Positions 1-12,977 of a DNA stretch of 64,000 bases are shown piece after piece (the stretch's first letter is position 1; every line of letters starts with the position of its first letter). This DNA comes from Blastocatellia bacterium. Its GTDB lineage: Bacteria; Acidobacteriota; Blastocatellia; UBA7656. A model generated the notes under the pieces. The model did not search any database. It had not been told where the DNA came from and saw nothing but the letters and a program-made list of their open reading frames with translations. The DNA is taken from contig CAVXWP010000001.1 of NCBI GenBank assembly GCA_963765495.1, positions 640,001 through 704,000 on the forward strand, given 5' to 3'. Made by a program: the position numbers and the translations under genes.

Positions 1-1992
<1,992 letters not shown>

Positions 1993-2235
1993 AACTCATT
2001 CTCGATTGAAGGCGTTGAAACAGACTCTCCCGTCCCTTTGCCCCGGTAAATGTCAGCCCGGTTTTCTCGAATTCATAAATTCGCGTGTTGTTGACAGCCG
2101 GTGAGTATATAATAATCGGGCCGACAGGTGAGTTCATCTGATTTGAAATCAACGCTATGGCATCGTTACAATCCAATAAATGAGATGCTTCCGTAGACAC
2201 AGATAGTTTCGGCAATTAAGGAGGCTTATCAAATC

Positions 2236-3663
2236 ATGTTTCGCCGTACCCCTTTCCTCGTATTTCTGATACTGGCTGCCGTTTCCACAGGTTACGCGCA
2301 GCGCGATTATCCGGGCGGACCAAAGAAAGAGCCGCCTCCCAAGTCGACCGTCAAGCCGCGACCGACGAAGCCCCGTGGTTCAACAAGAGCCGCGATTCGA
2401 ACCAACGGCGTGCTTTTCGTGCTTACGAGCCCCGATTCGGCGCTTGTAAAAGTTAAGAATCAGCAGGGCCAACCCGTAGAAGAAGGAAAAGTCGTTGACG
2501 GCCAGTACAGAGTGGAGCTTCCGCCGGGCAGCTATAAGCTCGAAATATCTGCGGACAAATTTGAGCCCGTGACAAAGACCGCAACTGTCAGACAGGCCCA
2601 GTCAGGGGTTGTTCAGGTTGACCTTGTCCCGACAACCGGAAGTATCGTCATCGGGATGGGATCAATACCGGCCGATGCTACTATTCTGATAGACGGCAAA
2701 AAACCTGCCAGTATAACAAAGCAGGTCAACAACCAGATTCAGATTGATGATGTCGATGTCGGTTCCCATACTTTGCAGATAACTCATCCGAGTATCGTTG
2801 CCTATGAAGAGAAGGTGAATGTGCTTGGGGGTGAATCCAAATTTGTTACACCTGTGGCGAGGCAGGCCATTGCCAGATTACTGATAAAGAGCGAACCCGA
2901 AGCCCAGATTTATGTGGATGGAAGCCCGCAAGGGCGTGTGACCGAAAAAGGAGAGCTTACGATCTCTAACATCAAACCGGGCCGACATACGATCAGGGCT
3001 GAAAAGGAGGGTTATACCTCCGAAGAAAAAACCCAGGTGGTTGACGTAGGCGAGGTCTCTATGGTGATGAAGCTCAATCGCAGAGAATTTTCTCCGGAAT
3101 TTACGGATTACTTTGCGATTGCGGGCAACTCCGATGCCTGGGACACGGTCCGGGGATGGCAGGTGAAGCACGGTGAGTTGATCGTTAAAGGATCAGGAGT
3201 AGGACTGGTTCGCGACAGAATCTACAAAGATTTCAAGCTGGTCTTTGACATAAGTTTTGTCAACAGCAAGGGCGCGGTCTGGATAGTGCGCGCTCAGGAT
3301 AAACAGAACTATTACATGTTTCAGCTTTCGGGTCCGAACGGAACCAACCCGAAGACCTTTTCGAGCTATATCTGTCAAAATGGTCAGATCAAGCCGCTCA
3401 AACCGGCCGAAATCGTGGTTGATGACCTCAGCCGTCCAAACGACTCTTATACGATAACCATAGAAGCGAAAGGGTCCACGATAAAACACTTCATCCAGGT
3501 TAAAAGCGATCCGAAACCCGAAGGGCCTCAGGCGCTTTCGACGCTTTCCAACGACACGTTCTCTTATGGTCAGGTAGGGTTTGGCACAAAAGATGGCGAG
3601 GAGTTTATTGTAAAGTTCATCAACGTGACTCCGGAACAATCCACTACCGCTGATATGAGGTGA
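2236..3663 (+). CDS. Secreted PEGA/carboxypeptidase-regulatory-like repeat protein with C-terminal concanavalin-like (DUF1080-like) domain
   Basis: SD AAGGAGG; signal peptide ending GYA-Q; PEGA-like repeats (SEPEAQIYVDG...PGRHTIRAEKEGY); beta-rich C-terminal domain (GQVGF). Confidence 0.75.
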   Translation: MFRRTPFLVFLILAAVSTGYAQRDYPGGPKKEPPPKSTVKPRPTKPRGSTRAAIRTNGVLFVLTSPDSALVKVKNQQGQPVEEGKVVDGQYRVELPPGSYKLEISADKFEPVTKTATVRQAQSGVVQVDLVPTTGSIVIGMGSIPADATILIDGKKPASITKQVNNQIQIDDVDVGSHTLQITHPSIVAYEEKVNVLGGESKFVTPVARQAIARLLIKSEPEAQIYVDGSPQGRVTEKGELTISNIKPGRHTIRAEKEGYTSEEKTQVVDVGEVSMVMKLNRREFSPEFTDYFAIAGNSDAWDTVRGWQVKHGELIVKGSGVGLVRDRIYKDFKLVFDISFVNSKGAVWIVRAQDKQNYYMFQLSGPNGTNPKTFSSYICQNGQIKPLKPAEIVVDDLSRPNDSYTITIEAKGSTIKHFIQVKSDPKPEGPQALSTLSNDTFSYGQVGFGTKDGEEFIVKFINVTPEQSTTADMR

Positions 3664-3714
3664 TTCGACAACCCGAAACGGTTCTGGAACGAATCCTTAA
3701 ACCATCTTGATGGA

Positions 3715-3742
3715 GGGGGGCGGTTACGAATCGCCCCTTTTT
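3715..3742 (+). terminator. Intrinsic terminator between convergent PEGA and TPR genes
   Basis: GGGGCGGTT-ACG-AATCGCCCC stem-loop followed by TTTTT. Confidence 0.7.
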
Positions 3743-3758
3743 CGTTGAGAGATGAGGG

Positions 3759-5714
3759 TCAATTCTTTTTGCGGGCTTCCTTCATCGTTTCTTGATAATT
3801 CTTGTTTTTGGGATCGAGATCGAGAGCCTCTTTGGCCTCTGCTTCGGCCCGTTCGTATTTTTTCAGGTGTAATAACAGGCGCGCAAACCCGTCGTGCCAC
3901 CTGGCCTGAAAGGGTTCAAGCTCCACGGCCCGCCGGAGTTCCGGCTCGGCCTCCTCCCATTTATCGAGTCGCGTGAGCGCCACCGCCAGATAATAACGGG
4001 CCTCGGCGCTCGTTGGGGCCAGGCGAACCGCCTCTCTGGCCGCATCTTCCGCCTCGGTGTATTTCCGCCTGTTGATTGACAACTGATTGGGTCTGTACCT
4101 GCTGATGCGTAATTGTAACGGAATGTCTTCCATAGGGCTTGTGCGCTGTATAAGAAAATTGGCCAGAACAATGTGCCATCGAGCATTTGCGGGTTCCAGT
4201 TTGATCGCATCCTTGAACATCGCTTCGGCTTCATCGTCTTTTTGCCGCCATACCTGTACCAACCCGAGCAGGTATCGCCACTCAGGATTGCCCGGCTCAA
4301 GCCTTACGGCTTCCTTGGCTTCCGTCGCTGCCTGATCGTACTTCTCCTGTTTGAATAGAGCGTAGGCCAGCTTATTGTGACCCGAAGCATCACCCGGGTG
4401 TAGCTTCACTGCCTGTTTGTATTGCTCTTCGGCTTTTCCCCATTGCTCGAGTCTCATAAACCCATCGCCCGCTTGAATTATTTGATCCGGCGAAAGAACA
4501 GCACCTCTTGTAGAAGAGATATTTTTTTCCTGCGCGTACTTCAGCCGCGCCTGATATGAAGGGTTTGCAGGCTGGAGTCTCACTGCCTCTGTGTAGGCCG
4601 CCTCGGCCTCGGCCCATTTCTGCCGACTCTCAAGGCACAATCCCAGATCGCTGTACCACTCGGCGTTTTCCGGGTCCAGTCGTATTGATTCTCGCAGAGA
4701 GGTTTCGGCCTCCACCCATTTGCTTTGGCCATCGAGGGCCTTCGCCAGACCAGCGTGCCAGTATGCGTTTCCCGGTTCGAGCCGCGCCGCCTCACGAAAC
4801 GAGCCTTCGGCCTCGGCCCACTTCTCTTCCTTCATCAGACACAACCCCAGATTGCTGTGGCGTTGAGCATTATTGGGTTCGAGCCGAGCCGCTTCCTTAA
4901 GCTCTATTTCAGAATCTCCCCACCTCTTCTGATAAAACAGGGCCATCCCCAGAAGCGCGTGCGCGGCACCGAAATCCGGCGTCAAATGCACCACCTCTCG
5001 AAATTCCGCTTCGGCTTCCTTCCATTTGCTCTCACCCATCAATCTGTTTCCGGTCTGGAGATGCCGGTCAGCATCGGCCACCGTAACCGTTCCTGTGGTA
5101 ACTTTGACCGGCGTAGTCGGAGGCGTTTCTTTCACCGCAAGTTTGGCCGTTACTCTGTCGAGCGCCTTTTGTATGGATGCCTGATCGCCGGGTTCTTTTG
5201 ATTCGAGCTTTAGACCTTCTTTATAAATCGCCTCGGCCTCTCCCCATTTTTGCTGACTTTCCAGTACCGCCCCCAGATCAATATGCCTTTGCGGATTTCC
5301 TTGATCCAGTTGCAGCGCCTTTTTATACTCGGCCTCGGCTTCATCCCACTTTTGCTGATTGCTCAATGCATCGGCAAGCCCCGCGTGCCATTCGGCTTCA
5401 TCAGGTTCTATACTCACCGCCCGCCGATACTGATCTTCGGCCTCGGCCCACTTGCGCTTCCCGATCAGTTCATCTCCCAGGGCGGCGAACTGATCGGCGG
5501 TCAATCTGGCTTTGGTTGATTTGCCGGTTCGCGAAGACCTCTTCTTTGGAGGATCAGATTTTGGCGTCGATGTGCTGCCACCCGGATATTTTCGCTGAAG
5601 ACTTGAGATAGAAGCGGCGCTGGCGACTAAAGGCCCCGCCGAAAATATCGCTCCGCCTGCCATCAACGCGGCAGGAAGAATATATGCGGCTAAACTCGAT
5701 AAATTCATCCTCAT
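3759..5714 (-). CDS. Secreted tetratricopeptide repeat protein
   Basis: Signal peptide, then more than 12 TPRs (KWxEAEAxYREAVRLEPxNAxxHxxLG); SD AGGAGG upstream. Confidence 0.9.
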   Translation of the reverse strand: MRMNLSSLAAYILPAALMAGGAIFSAGPLVASAASISSLQRKYPGGSTSTPKSDPPKKRSSRTGKSTKARLTADQFAALGDELIGKRKWAEAEDQYRRAVSIEPDEAEWHAGLADALSNQQKWDEAEAEYKKALQLDQGNPQRHIDLGAVLESQQKWGEAEAIYKEGLKLESKEPGDQASIQKALDRVTAKLAVKETPPTTPVKVTTGTVTVADADRHLQTGNRLMGESKWKEAEAEFREVVHLTPDFGAAHALLGMALFYQKRWGDSEIELKEAARLEPNNAQRHSNLGLCLMKEEKWAEAEGSFREAARLEPGNAYWHAGLAKALDGQSKWVEAETSLRESIRLDPENAEWYSDLGLCLESRQKWAEAEAAYTEAVRLQPANPSYQARLKYAQEKNISSTRGAVLSPDQIIQAGDGFMRLEQWGKAEEQYKQAVKLHPGDASGHNKLAYALFKQEKYDQAATEAKEAVRLEPGNPEWRYLLGLVQVWRQKDDEAEAMFKDAIKLEPANARWHIVLANFLIQRTSPMEDIPLQLRISRYRPNQLSINRRKYTEAEDAAREAVRLAPTSAEARYYLAVALTRLDKWEEAEPELRRAVELEPFQARWHDGFARLLLHLKKYERAEAEAKEALDLDPKNKNYQETMKEARKKN

Positions 5715-5753
5715 AGAAAAATCCTCCTGAGGAAGCCGTACAATTTAGCCGGT

Positions 5754-5782
5754 AGCCTAACCCCTATAAAATCGTATGTCAA
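5754..5782 (-). promoter_or_regulatory. Putative sigma-70 promoter of the TPR gene
   Basis: Minus strand TTGACA-17 bp-TAGGCT. Confidence 0.55.
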
Positions 5783-5929
5783 GCACATCGGATTTTGTGT
5801 AGTAATGCCTGTTGGACGGAAAAGTAATTTTTGTTATCCGGTTTCTAAAGGTTCGGATACGGAATAGTGGCAAGGTTAAAAAGAGCGACGAGTCATTGCT
5901 TTTCATTGGTGAGGGCAGGGGCTTGAATA

Positions 5930-5959
5930 TTGACACTTAAGGTAAATGCATAGTATGCT
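5930..5959 (+). promoter_or_regulatory. Putative sigma-70 promoter of the TonB-dependent receptor gene
   Basis: TTGACA-18 bp-TATGCT, about 300 nt upstream of ATG 6261. Confidence 0.45.
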
Positions 5960-6260
5960 CGGCCCGTATACGTTCAAATTGTTGAGAGCTTAAATCTCGA
6001 AGAGATGTAATTGATATGCTGGCAGCAGGAACGACCCCTTCTATGCACAAGCGACGATGTCCGTTGGAATGAATCCAATATTCTGATCTCAATTGATAGC
6101 CGGTATCTATGTGATTAAAGGAAATTCTTGCATGATTTTTGCGGTGCTTACCGTCATATAATTGGTGGTTAAGATTTACGGGAAGATTCAGTTGCAACTA
6201 GGTATCTATTTTCTTTCCCTGCGATTGAGGGAGGAAATCAACACTTCTGGAGGAGCAATC

Positions 6261-9200
6261 ATGACTCACATTGGCATCAGGGCATTTCGCATTCTTATGA
6301 TTTGCTGCGTAGTTTCCATTTATACGCCGATAGGCCTGTCGCAGGGACAGACCACGGGAGCTATCCAAGGACGCGTTTATGACATTGACAGTGGCGCAGG
6401 GGTTGCCGGTGCAACGGTCACGGTCAGGAATCAGGACCTGGGCCTTGAGCGCTCGACTGTCACGGGATCAGACGGGTCTTATACGCTTAATATCTTACCG
6501 CCGGGCGCTTATACAATCACTGCTACACATCCCCAATACGAGGCTGATAAAAGCTCGGAGCTATCGGAGGCCAGAAATTTCGCGGTTCGCCTTTCTACGA
6601 TAAATCAGGTTCAGCAAAGGCTGATAGGATTAAGAAAGATCGGTGCGGTCTCGCAAACTCCGGGCAATCCGACCACGCCCCCTACCACGCCCCCGACCGC
6701 ACAACCCGGCACGCAGCCGCAGACTCAGCCTGCGACACAGGGGGGGGAATCGCAAGGCGAGCAATTGACCAACACCGTGTCGCCGACAAGGATTGAGAAT
6801 TTTGATACCCGCCAATTAGTCTCTTTGCCTCTGGCTTCAACCCGGACATTTGATGATCTGGCTTTTCTGGCCGCCGGAGTAGCCCCTCCGCCACAGGCCA
6901 TAGGTCAGATAGTCGGGCCCGGCGTTGGCGCAGGCGTTGGCACATCGGGGCAGTTTTCGGTTAATGGAGCGCGCTCTCGCTCTAATAATTTTACGGTGGA
7001 CGGATCGGACAACAATGACCCGGATGTCGGTGTGCGTCGTCAGGGCTTTGTCACGCTTATTCCACAGCCGATAGAATCGGTGCAGGCGTTTGCGATTGCT
7101 ACCTTATTATGGGATGCCGAATTCGGGCGCAATCTCGGGTCGCAGGTCAATGCGGTGTCCAAGGGTGGCGGCAACGAGTTTCACGGGCAACTCTATGGAT
7201 TTTTCACCGATTCAAGCCTGAATGCGCGCAACTTTTTCGACTATACGGGCGGAGACTCGGGCGGCAAGAATCCATTTACGCGGACGCTTGCGGGCTTTGC
7301 CCTAGGAGGACCTGTCACCCCCAATAGCACGCAGTTTTTTGGCAGCTTCGAGCACGAAAATATAAACTCTTCAACCGAACAGCATTTTGCAACGCCGACC
7401 CTTGCCCAGCGTGGATTCGGTAACGCTCAGGCCATACTTGTGCCTCTTATAAACAACAACCTGGGAATAATTCCGGGGGGCGTCACTCCTTCCGGCAGCA
7501 ATGCATTTTCGTTTTACCCGCTTCCAAATAATCCAGGCGGACCTTATGGCGCAAACACCCTTTCAAGAGTACTGCCATCCGATGGGGATGGCGTAATCGC
7601 TTCGCTAAAGGTGTCTCGTCAGGTTACACCGGGCAGCACGCTCAACGTGCGATATAATTTTACGAATGATGAACGCATATTGCCCAGCGTCAATCGAGCC
7701 ATCAACTCGACAATAGAGGCCGACTCTCAAACTCAGAATCTATCGGTTACTCTTGATAGCTCTCTAAAAATAAACCTCTTCAATCAGGCGCGATTCTCCT
7801 TTGGCAGAACGCGGCTTGATTTCCTCCCCTATGCCAACACTCCATTTATCTTCGACAGCACATCTTCGGGGGTCATCGGCGTAGTTGATTCGGGTGGTAA
7901 CCTCATAGCTGTCCAGCCGTTTTCTTCAAGTACAGGGCCGCTCGGTCAGGTCACTATCGAACCCTTCAGCCCGGTCGGCGTTGACGTCTTCATCTTTCCA
8001 CAAAAGCGCGTAAACAACACTTTTCAGTTTGCCGACACCCTGGCCATGAACTGGAGGACGCATTCCTACAAATTCGGCGCTGATATTCGACGAATACAAT
8101 TCAACAGCTTGCAGGATCGGAATTACAGACCCAGTTTAGTCTTTGGCATCGGGACGTTTGCAAATGCCACTTTAACCAATCAGGGCCTTTTTGTTGATAG
8201 AACGCTTTTCGTCAGCCAGGGCGCAGACCTTGCGAGTCTCGGCCTTGCATCTTCGATTTTTCAGTCGATCACAGCAGGCGTGCCAAATTCCACTATCGGT
8301 TTGCGGGCTTTTGAGTACAACTTCTTTTTCAACGATAACTGGCGTATTCGGCCAAATTTTTCACTCGATTACGGGCTGCGCTATGAGTACAACACAGTGC
8401 CCTCGGAAGTAAATAATCGCATCGAGGATGCGATTACACTGAAGAATTTGCCGGTTCCGGGAAATTCCCGCTTTGACACACCCTCGCGCACAGCTGCTTT
8501 CAATAATGCGGTCAGCGCCTACAGGGCGGTTCTGGACGGACGCACAGGAATTTACGATCCGGACCGGAATAACTTTGCCCCCCACGTAGGATTTGCATGG
8601 GACCCCTGGCGAGATGGAAAGACCTCGATTCGCGCCGGTTACGGACTTTATTATGATGCGATCCTCGGAGCCGTGGTCAGCCAATCGCGCAACGTATTCC
8701 CAAACGAAATACCGTTTAATATCGACCCATCTTTTGCAGGGTTTGACATCCTGGGCAATCTGCTCAACCCCGCGTTTCTGGTTCTCAACGGAGATTCCAA
8801 CGCTCCGCTGATAAGGCCGGGAACGATTAATCAGTTTGGGCTTGCGCCTGAGGATTTCGTCGCAGGGATCGGTCAATTATTTGTCCAGAACAGTGCAGCC
8901 GGGCTTGCCTTTACTCTCCCGGAAAAACACCTTCGCACTCCCTATGCGCAGCAATGGCACCTGACGCTGGAAAGGGAAATACTGAGAGATTATTTACTGT
9001 CGGCGGGTTATGTGGGGACGAAGGGTACAAAACTCACACGGTTGACCACTCCGAATTTTGGCCCCAATGTAATCCCCTTCGCGGGGTTTGTAGATGCAAA
9101 TACCGCATTCCCTCTCTTCCTGTTTGGACAATCTCTCGCCCCCACTCGCCCGAATCAGAATCTTGGCGCGTATCAGATATTCGAAAATTCGGCTAACTCA

Positions 9201-9965
9201 AGTTATCACTCGCTGCAACTGGAAATGCGCAAGCGGTATACTCATGGGTATACGTTCACAGCAGCCTATACCTGGTCACACGCTATAGATGACGTATCGG
9301 ATGTCTTCCCAATTGCGGGTGCGCCGGTACTCCCGCAGGATTCGTTCAATCTGAACCTTGAGCGCGCGGATGCCAATTTTGATGCTCGCCATCGCTTTGT
9401 ATCTTCATTGATCTGGGATTTGCCTTTCTATCGCAATTCCACTGATGATGCCGCGCGCTGGCTTGGCGGCTGGCAACTGAGTTCGATTTTTCAGGTGCAT
9501 ACGGGTCAGCCGTTTACTTTGAACGTTCCATTCGACGCAAACTTCGACGGCAATTTAACAGACCGTCCCTCTACCACGCAGGGGCTCATATTCAATGATG
9601 ACCACGGGCCGCAACGGGTTCGACTCTCTGACGGTAGCTCGTTTCTCAACTTCATAAATACGACAGGTGGCGTATTTATCAATGGAAGGGGCTTTATAGA
9701 CGGCCTGATCAACCCGGGGACGGGCTTTGTGGGTCGCAACACGGTGCGCGGGGATACGTTTATCAACCTCGATATGGTCTTCAGCAAGAACTTCAAGTTC
9801 ACCGAAAGTCAAAACCTGGAATTTCGGACAGAGGTTTTCAACATCCTCAATCGCGCAAATTTTGGAATTCCGATTCGTGTGATAGGCGCTCCGGGATTCG
9901 GGTCTTCGGTTGATACGGTCAATCCGGCGCGAGTAATACAGTTTGCTCTCAAGTACAAGTTCTAG
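6261..9965 (+). CDS. TonB-dependent outer-membrane receptor, Oar-like, with N-terminal carboxypeptidase regulatory-like domain
   Basis: SD GGAGGAG before ATG 6261; signal peptide; [22 protein letters not shown] plug motif, [14 protein letters not shown]-terminal [11 protein letters not shown]. Confidence 0.92.
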   Translation: MTHIGIRAFRILMICCVVSIYTPIGLSQGQTTGAIQGRVYDIDSGAGVAGATVTVRNQDLGLERSTVTGSDGSYTLNILPPGAYTITATHPQYEADKSSELSEARNFAVRLSTINQVQQRLIGLRKIGAVSQTPGNPTTPPTTPPTAQPGTQPQTQPATQGGESQGEQLTNTVSPTRIENFDTRQLVSLPLASTRTFDDLAFLAAGVAPPPQAIGQIVGPGVGAGVGTSGQFSVNGARSRSNNFTVDGSDNNDPDVGVRRQGFVTLIPQPIESVQAFAIATLLWDAEFGRNLGSQVNAVSKGGGNEFHGQLYGFFTDSSLNARNFFDYTGGDSGGKNPFTRTLAGFALGGPVTPNSTQFFGSFEHENINSSTEQHFATPTLAQRGFGNAQAILVPLINNNLGIIPGGVTPSGSNAFSFYPLPNNPGGPYGANTLSRVLPSDGDGVIASLKVSRQVTPGSTLNVRYNFTNDERILPSVNRAINSTIEADSQTQNLSVTLDSSLKINLFNQARFSFGRTRLDFLPYANTPFIFDSTSSGVIGVVDSGGNLIAVQPFSSSTGPLGQVTIEPFSPVGVDVFIFPQKRVNNTFQFADTLAMNWRTHSYKFGADIRRIQFNSLQDRNYRPSLVFGIGTFANATLTNQGLFVDRTLFVSQGADLASLGLASSIFQSITAGVPNSTIGLRAFEYNFFFNDNWRIRPNFSLDYGLRYEYNTVPSEVNNRIEDAITLKNLPVPGNSRFDTPSRTAAFNNAVSAYRAVLDGRTGIYDPDRNNFAPHVGFAWDPWRDGKTSIRAGYGLYYDAILGAVVSQSRNVFPNEIPFNIDPSFAGFDILGNLLNPAFLVLNGDSNAPLIRPGTINQFGLAPEDFVAGIGQLFVQNSAAGLAFTLPEKHLRTPYAQQWHLTLEREILRDYLLSAGYVGTKGTKLTRLTTPNFGPNVIPFAGFVDANTAFPLFLFGQSLAPTRPNQNLGAYQIFENSANSSYHSLQLEMRKRYTHGYTFTAAYTWSHAIDDVSDVFPIAGAPVLPQDSFNLNLERADANFDARHRFVSSLIWDLPFYRNSTDDAARWLGGWQLSSIFQVHTGQPFTLNVPFDANFDGNLTDRPSTTQGLIFNDDHGPQRVRLSDGSSFLNFINTTGGVFINGRGFIDGLINPGTGFVGRNTVRGDTFINLDMVFSKNFKFTESQNLEFRTEVFNILNRANFGIPIRVIGAPGFGSSVDTVNPARVIQFALKYKF

Positions 9966-9972
9966 AGCGTCA

Positions 9973-10029
9973 GAAATTCTCACGGCTTGCAAACCGTAGT
10001 TGCAAATGGCGCAAGCCGTGGGAATTTTC
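9973..10029. terminator. Long stem-loop after the TonB-dependent receptor gene
   Basis: GAAATTCTCACGGCTTGC ... GCAAGCCGTGGGAATTTTC inverted repeat. Confidence 0.55.
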
Positions 10030-10122
10030 AGAAATCCGGCAGTCTCGCCTTCTCTCAATCGACAACTTATGCCTCTGTTTGTCTGACAGCAGCCGTTGCC
10101 CTTTGACAAAGAGGGCTTGAAT

Positions 10123-10151
10123 TTGACTCTGCCCGATGCGTGTTGTAGGAT
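10123..10151 (+). promoter_or_regulatory. Putative sigma-70 promoter of the second kinase gene
   Basis: TTGACT-17 bp-TAGGAT, 44 nt before ATG 10195. Confidence 0.5.
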
Positions 10152-10194
10152 GACCCCCGATCAAAGCTCCGATTGTCAGAATTGGGAGCGTGCG

Positions 10195-12285
10195 ATGAAA
10201 CACTGCCCCGCTTGCGAAAAGCTTTACGATGACCATCTCTTATTCTGCCCGTTTGACGGTCAATCGCTGTTTGTCCAGTTAGAGCCGGATCATTTGATCG
10301 GCACAATTATCAGCAACAAATACAGAATCGAAGCCATCATTGATGAAGGCGGATTGAGCCACGTCTATAAAGCCACGCACATGCAGATGGATTACCCCGT
10401 AGCCATCAAGGTCCTCAACCCGGAACATACATCAAATGAAGTGCTTCTTGAATACTTTCGCCGAAAAGCACGCGCTGCGGCTCAGATTCAGCACCTCAAC
10501 GCCATCGCCGTTACAGACTTCGGGCTGGACGCGGGCGCGGGGCTGGCTTACATGGTCATGGAACTGCTCGAAGGCCGCAGTCTGAGGAAAAAACTTCGGG
10601 AAGAGGGCATGCTCGGTTACGAAGAGACATATCTCATCGTTGAACAGACCTGCCTGGCTTTGCATTACGCGCACGCGAGAGACATCATTCATTGCGATCT
10701 GAAACCGGAAAATATCTTCCTGCTCAAGTATCAGGACGGCTCGGAGCCGGTCAAGGTGCTCGATTTCGGAATCTACAGGCAACAGAGCGCCGCCGACCTC
10801 CTGGCTCTCACTCAGCATGGGCTCCTTGCCGGAACACCCGATTACATGTCGCCTGAGCTTGGGCGCGGCGAATCCATAGATGCCCGCTCCGATATTTACA
10901 GCCTCGGAGCTATCATCTACGAGATGCTGACGGGCTCTGTCGTGTTTGAAGCGCCTACGCCTGTAGCCGTCGTCGTCAAACACGCGAGCGACCCGCCCCG
11001 TCGCTTGCAGGAATTCCGGCCCGATATCCCTCCCCGTATAGAACAGATCGTGCTGCGCGCTCTCAGTAAGAGGCGGGAAGACCGTCAGGAAACGGTCGCG
11101 GAACTGGTTCACGAATTTGAGGAAGCGCTTTACACAAGCGGCATAGCGCCGAGGCGCACAGGCACAAAGGTGTTTCACTCTCCCTACCTTCCACCCTCCC
11201 CCGACACGCCGACAACCGCAGAGATAATCTCTGAGCCGGGCCGCCCGATCCCCACTCCCCAAAGCGAAGAGGTAGGCAGAACCGTCCCGCTCCAACACGC
11301 TCAATTCGACAGGTCTCAGTTTGATATATCTCAATCGCCCAAAGCTTCCGGCTACGATGATTCAAGTGCCTCGATGCACAGGTCTACGCCTGCGCCTGCC
11401 TATAGCTCACAACAAAGCGCGCCGCAGAAGTTCAACACCCCTTCATATGCTCCCGAATCTGCGCGCGCGCCCGATGAGACAGCGACGAGGCTTACGGCAG
11501 CGAAAAAGTATTTGATACCTGTCGGGGCCATAGCCGCGATAGCCCTTTTGATTCTGGCAGCGGTGCTTCTGAATAAAAAGGGTACGGATGAAGGAGCTTC
11601 GTCGGAAACAGGCCGTGAAAGCACAACCACAGGCGCGCCGCCCGGAATGGTGAAGATCAAAGGATACCAGTTGCGCGTAGGCGGAGGCGGTTCCGCGCCG
11701 CCACAAGTTGTAAAGGTCCCGGATTACTTTTTCGATATTCAGGAAGTAACAAACGAAGAATATCAGAAGTTTGTCAAAGAGACGAAACACACACCGCCTC
11801 CTGATTGGCGAAATGATCAGTTCAAATCGGGCGCTGCCCGTCTGCCCGTAGTCAATGTTTCGTGGGAAGACGCAAAGGCCTACGCCGAGTGGGCGGGTAA
11901 GCGACTGCCGACCGAGACCGAGTGGGAATTTGCTGCGCGCGGAGAAACTCAGCAGCGTTACCCCTGGGGTGATGACTGGTCTCCTGATAATGCTAACTTG
12001 AAGGAGAGCGGGATAGGAAAACCCGTGGCGGTTGGCTCTTACGCACAGGGCCGCAGCTGGTGCGGCGCGCGAGATTTGATAGGCAATGTGGCCGAGTGGG
12101 TTACAAGCGAAGGGCCTCTTTACCCTGGAACGGGAGTCCAAAGCGATCCGCGACTGAGGGTTTTTCGCGGCGGATCATACTTTCATTCTAAAGATGAAAA
12201 CCCGACAACGAATCGCTGGGTGGAATTTGCCACACGAAAGCTGCCTTATGTCGGCTTCCGTTGCGCAAAGGGCGTGCCCCGATGA
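10195..12285 (+). CDS. Ser/Thr kinase-like protein (zinc ribbon-kinase-TM-FGE domain), paralog of 1..1992 with degenerate catalytic motifs
   Basis: MKHCPAC...CPFDG; IDEGGLSHVY, VAIK, FRRKAR, HCDLKPEN, DFG; TM; RLPTETEWEFAARG...RGGS...GFRC; SD GGGAG. Confidence 0.9.
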   Translation: MKHCPACEKLYDDHLLFCPFDGQSLFVQLEPDHLIGTIISNKYRIEAIIDEGGLSHVYKATHMQMDYPVAIKVLNPEHTSNEVLLEYFRRKARAAAQIQHLNAIAVTDFGLDAGAGLAYMVMELLEGRSLRKKLREEGMLGYEETYLIVEQTCLALHYAHARDIIHCDLKPENIFLLKYQDGSEPVKVLDFGIYRQQSAADLLALTQHGLLAGTPDYMSPELGRGESIDARSDIYSLGAIIYEMLTGSVVFEAPTPVAVVVKHASDPPRRLQEFRPDIPPRIEQIVLRALSKRREDRQETVAELVHEFEEALYTSGIAPRRTGTKVFHSPYLPPSPDTPTTAEIISEPGRPIPTPQSEEVGRTVPLQHAQFDRSQFDISQSPKASGYDDSSASMHRSTPAPAYSSQQSAPQKFNTPSYAPESARAPDETATRLTAAKKYLIPVGAIAAIALLILAAVLLNKKGTDEGASSETGRESTTTGAPPGMVKIKGYQLRVGGGGSAPPQVVKVPDYFFDIQEVTNEEYQKFVKETKHTPPPDWRNDQFKSGAARLPVVNVSWEDAKAYAEWAGKRLPTETEWEFAARGETQQRYPWGDDWSPDNANLKESGIGKPVAVGSYAQGRSWCGARDLIGNVAEWVTSEGPLYPGTGVQSDPRLRVFRGGSYFHSKDENPTTNRWVEFATRKLPYVGFRCAKGVPR

Positions 12286-12369
12286 CAGCATCGCGCTCCG
12301 CGATGCTGTATCTCGAATCTCAAATTTCAGATCTCAGGTGTGTAATCAATCATCAATGAGAAAAAAGAG

Positions 12370-12451
12370 CGGAGGGGACAGGACTCGAACCTGCAAGGGC
12401 TTTCGCCCGGCGGTTTTCAAGACCGCTTCCTTACCATTAGGATACCCCTCC
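12370..12451 (-). tRNA. tRNA-Ser (anticodon UGA), CCA not encoded
   Basis: Minus strand GGAGGGG acceptor stem, anticodon arm GCGGT-CTTGAAA-ACCGC, long variable arm GGGCGAAAGCCC, T-loop GGTTCGAGTCC, discriminator G. Confidence 0.95.
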
Positions 12452-12469
12452 GTAAGGTGACAGCTGTAG

Positions 12470-12499
12470 AGTATAGGTGATGCCGGTCCGGCTTTTCAA
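12470..12499 (-). promoter_or_regulatory. Putative sigma-70 promoter of tRNA-Ser
   Basis: Minus strand TTGAAA-18 bp-TATACT, 19 nt upstream of the mature 5' end. Confidence 0.6.
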
Positions 12500-12977
12500 G
12501 ATATGGATGTTTCTGAGAAAAATATCGACGCAAAAATGAGAGTAAAATAAAAATGAGGGTAAAATAATGAGGACAAAAAAATAACGGAAGAGTCCCTCGG
12601 GCGAGTTTCCCTTCCGTTTTCTGCGTCCCTTCAATGGTTGTGTCCCTCAACCAGAGAAGAAGAGGAGGTTATTTGACAGCCACAATCCAAATTCCCTCAT
12701 GGTTGCCGAGTTGCCCGCAATATATCAAACCCTGTCTCTCATAAAAACCCTGCTTACTCATAAAGCAAAAAAAAGTATCGGTTCGCGCAGGAACCGAACT
12801 TCGGTTCTCTGAAGAAAAGCCGGAAAATATGTCTCCGAGCCTAGGCCGGTTTAAATTCGTCGAAAAGGATTAATCATAGTGAACCGGGGGCTGCTTAAAC
12901 CTCTGTCTCGCCTGGATGTAGATATGATATGATGCGCCGAGCGTTTAGACCTCAGAGATTCAGGAGTGTAAGAAATC

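Noticed and set aside
12370-12451. tRNA read as selenocysteine/suppressor tRNA or as an integration site
   Set aside because: Anticodon UGA decodes Ser UCA (Sec needs anticodon UCA); no integrase or duplicated tRNA 3' end seen.
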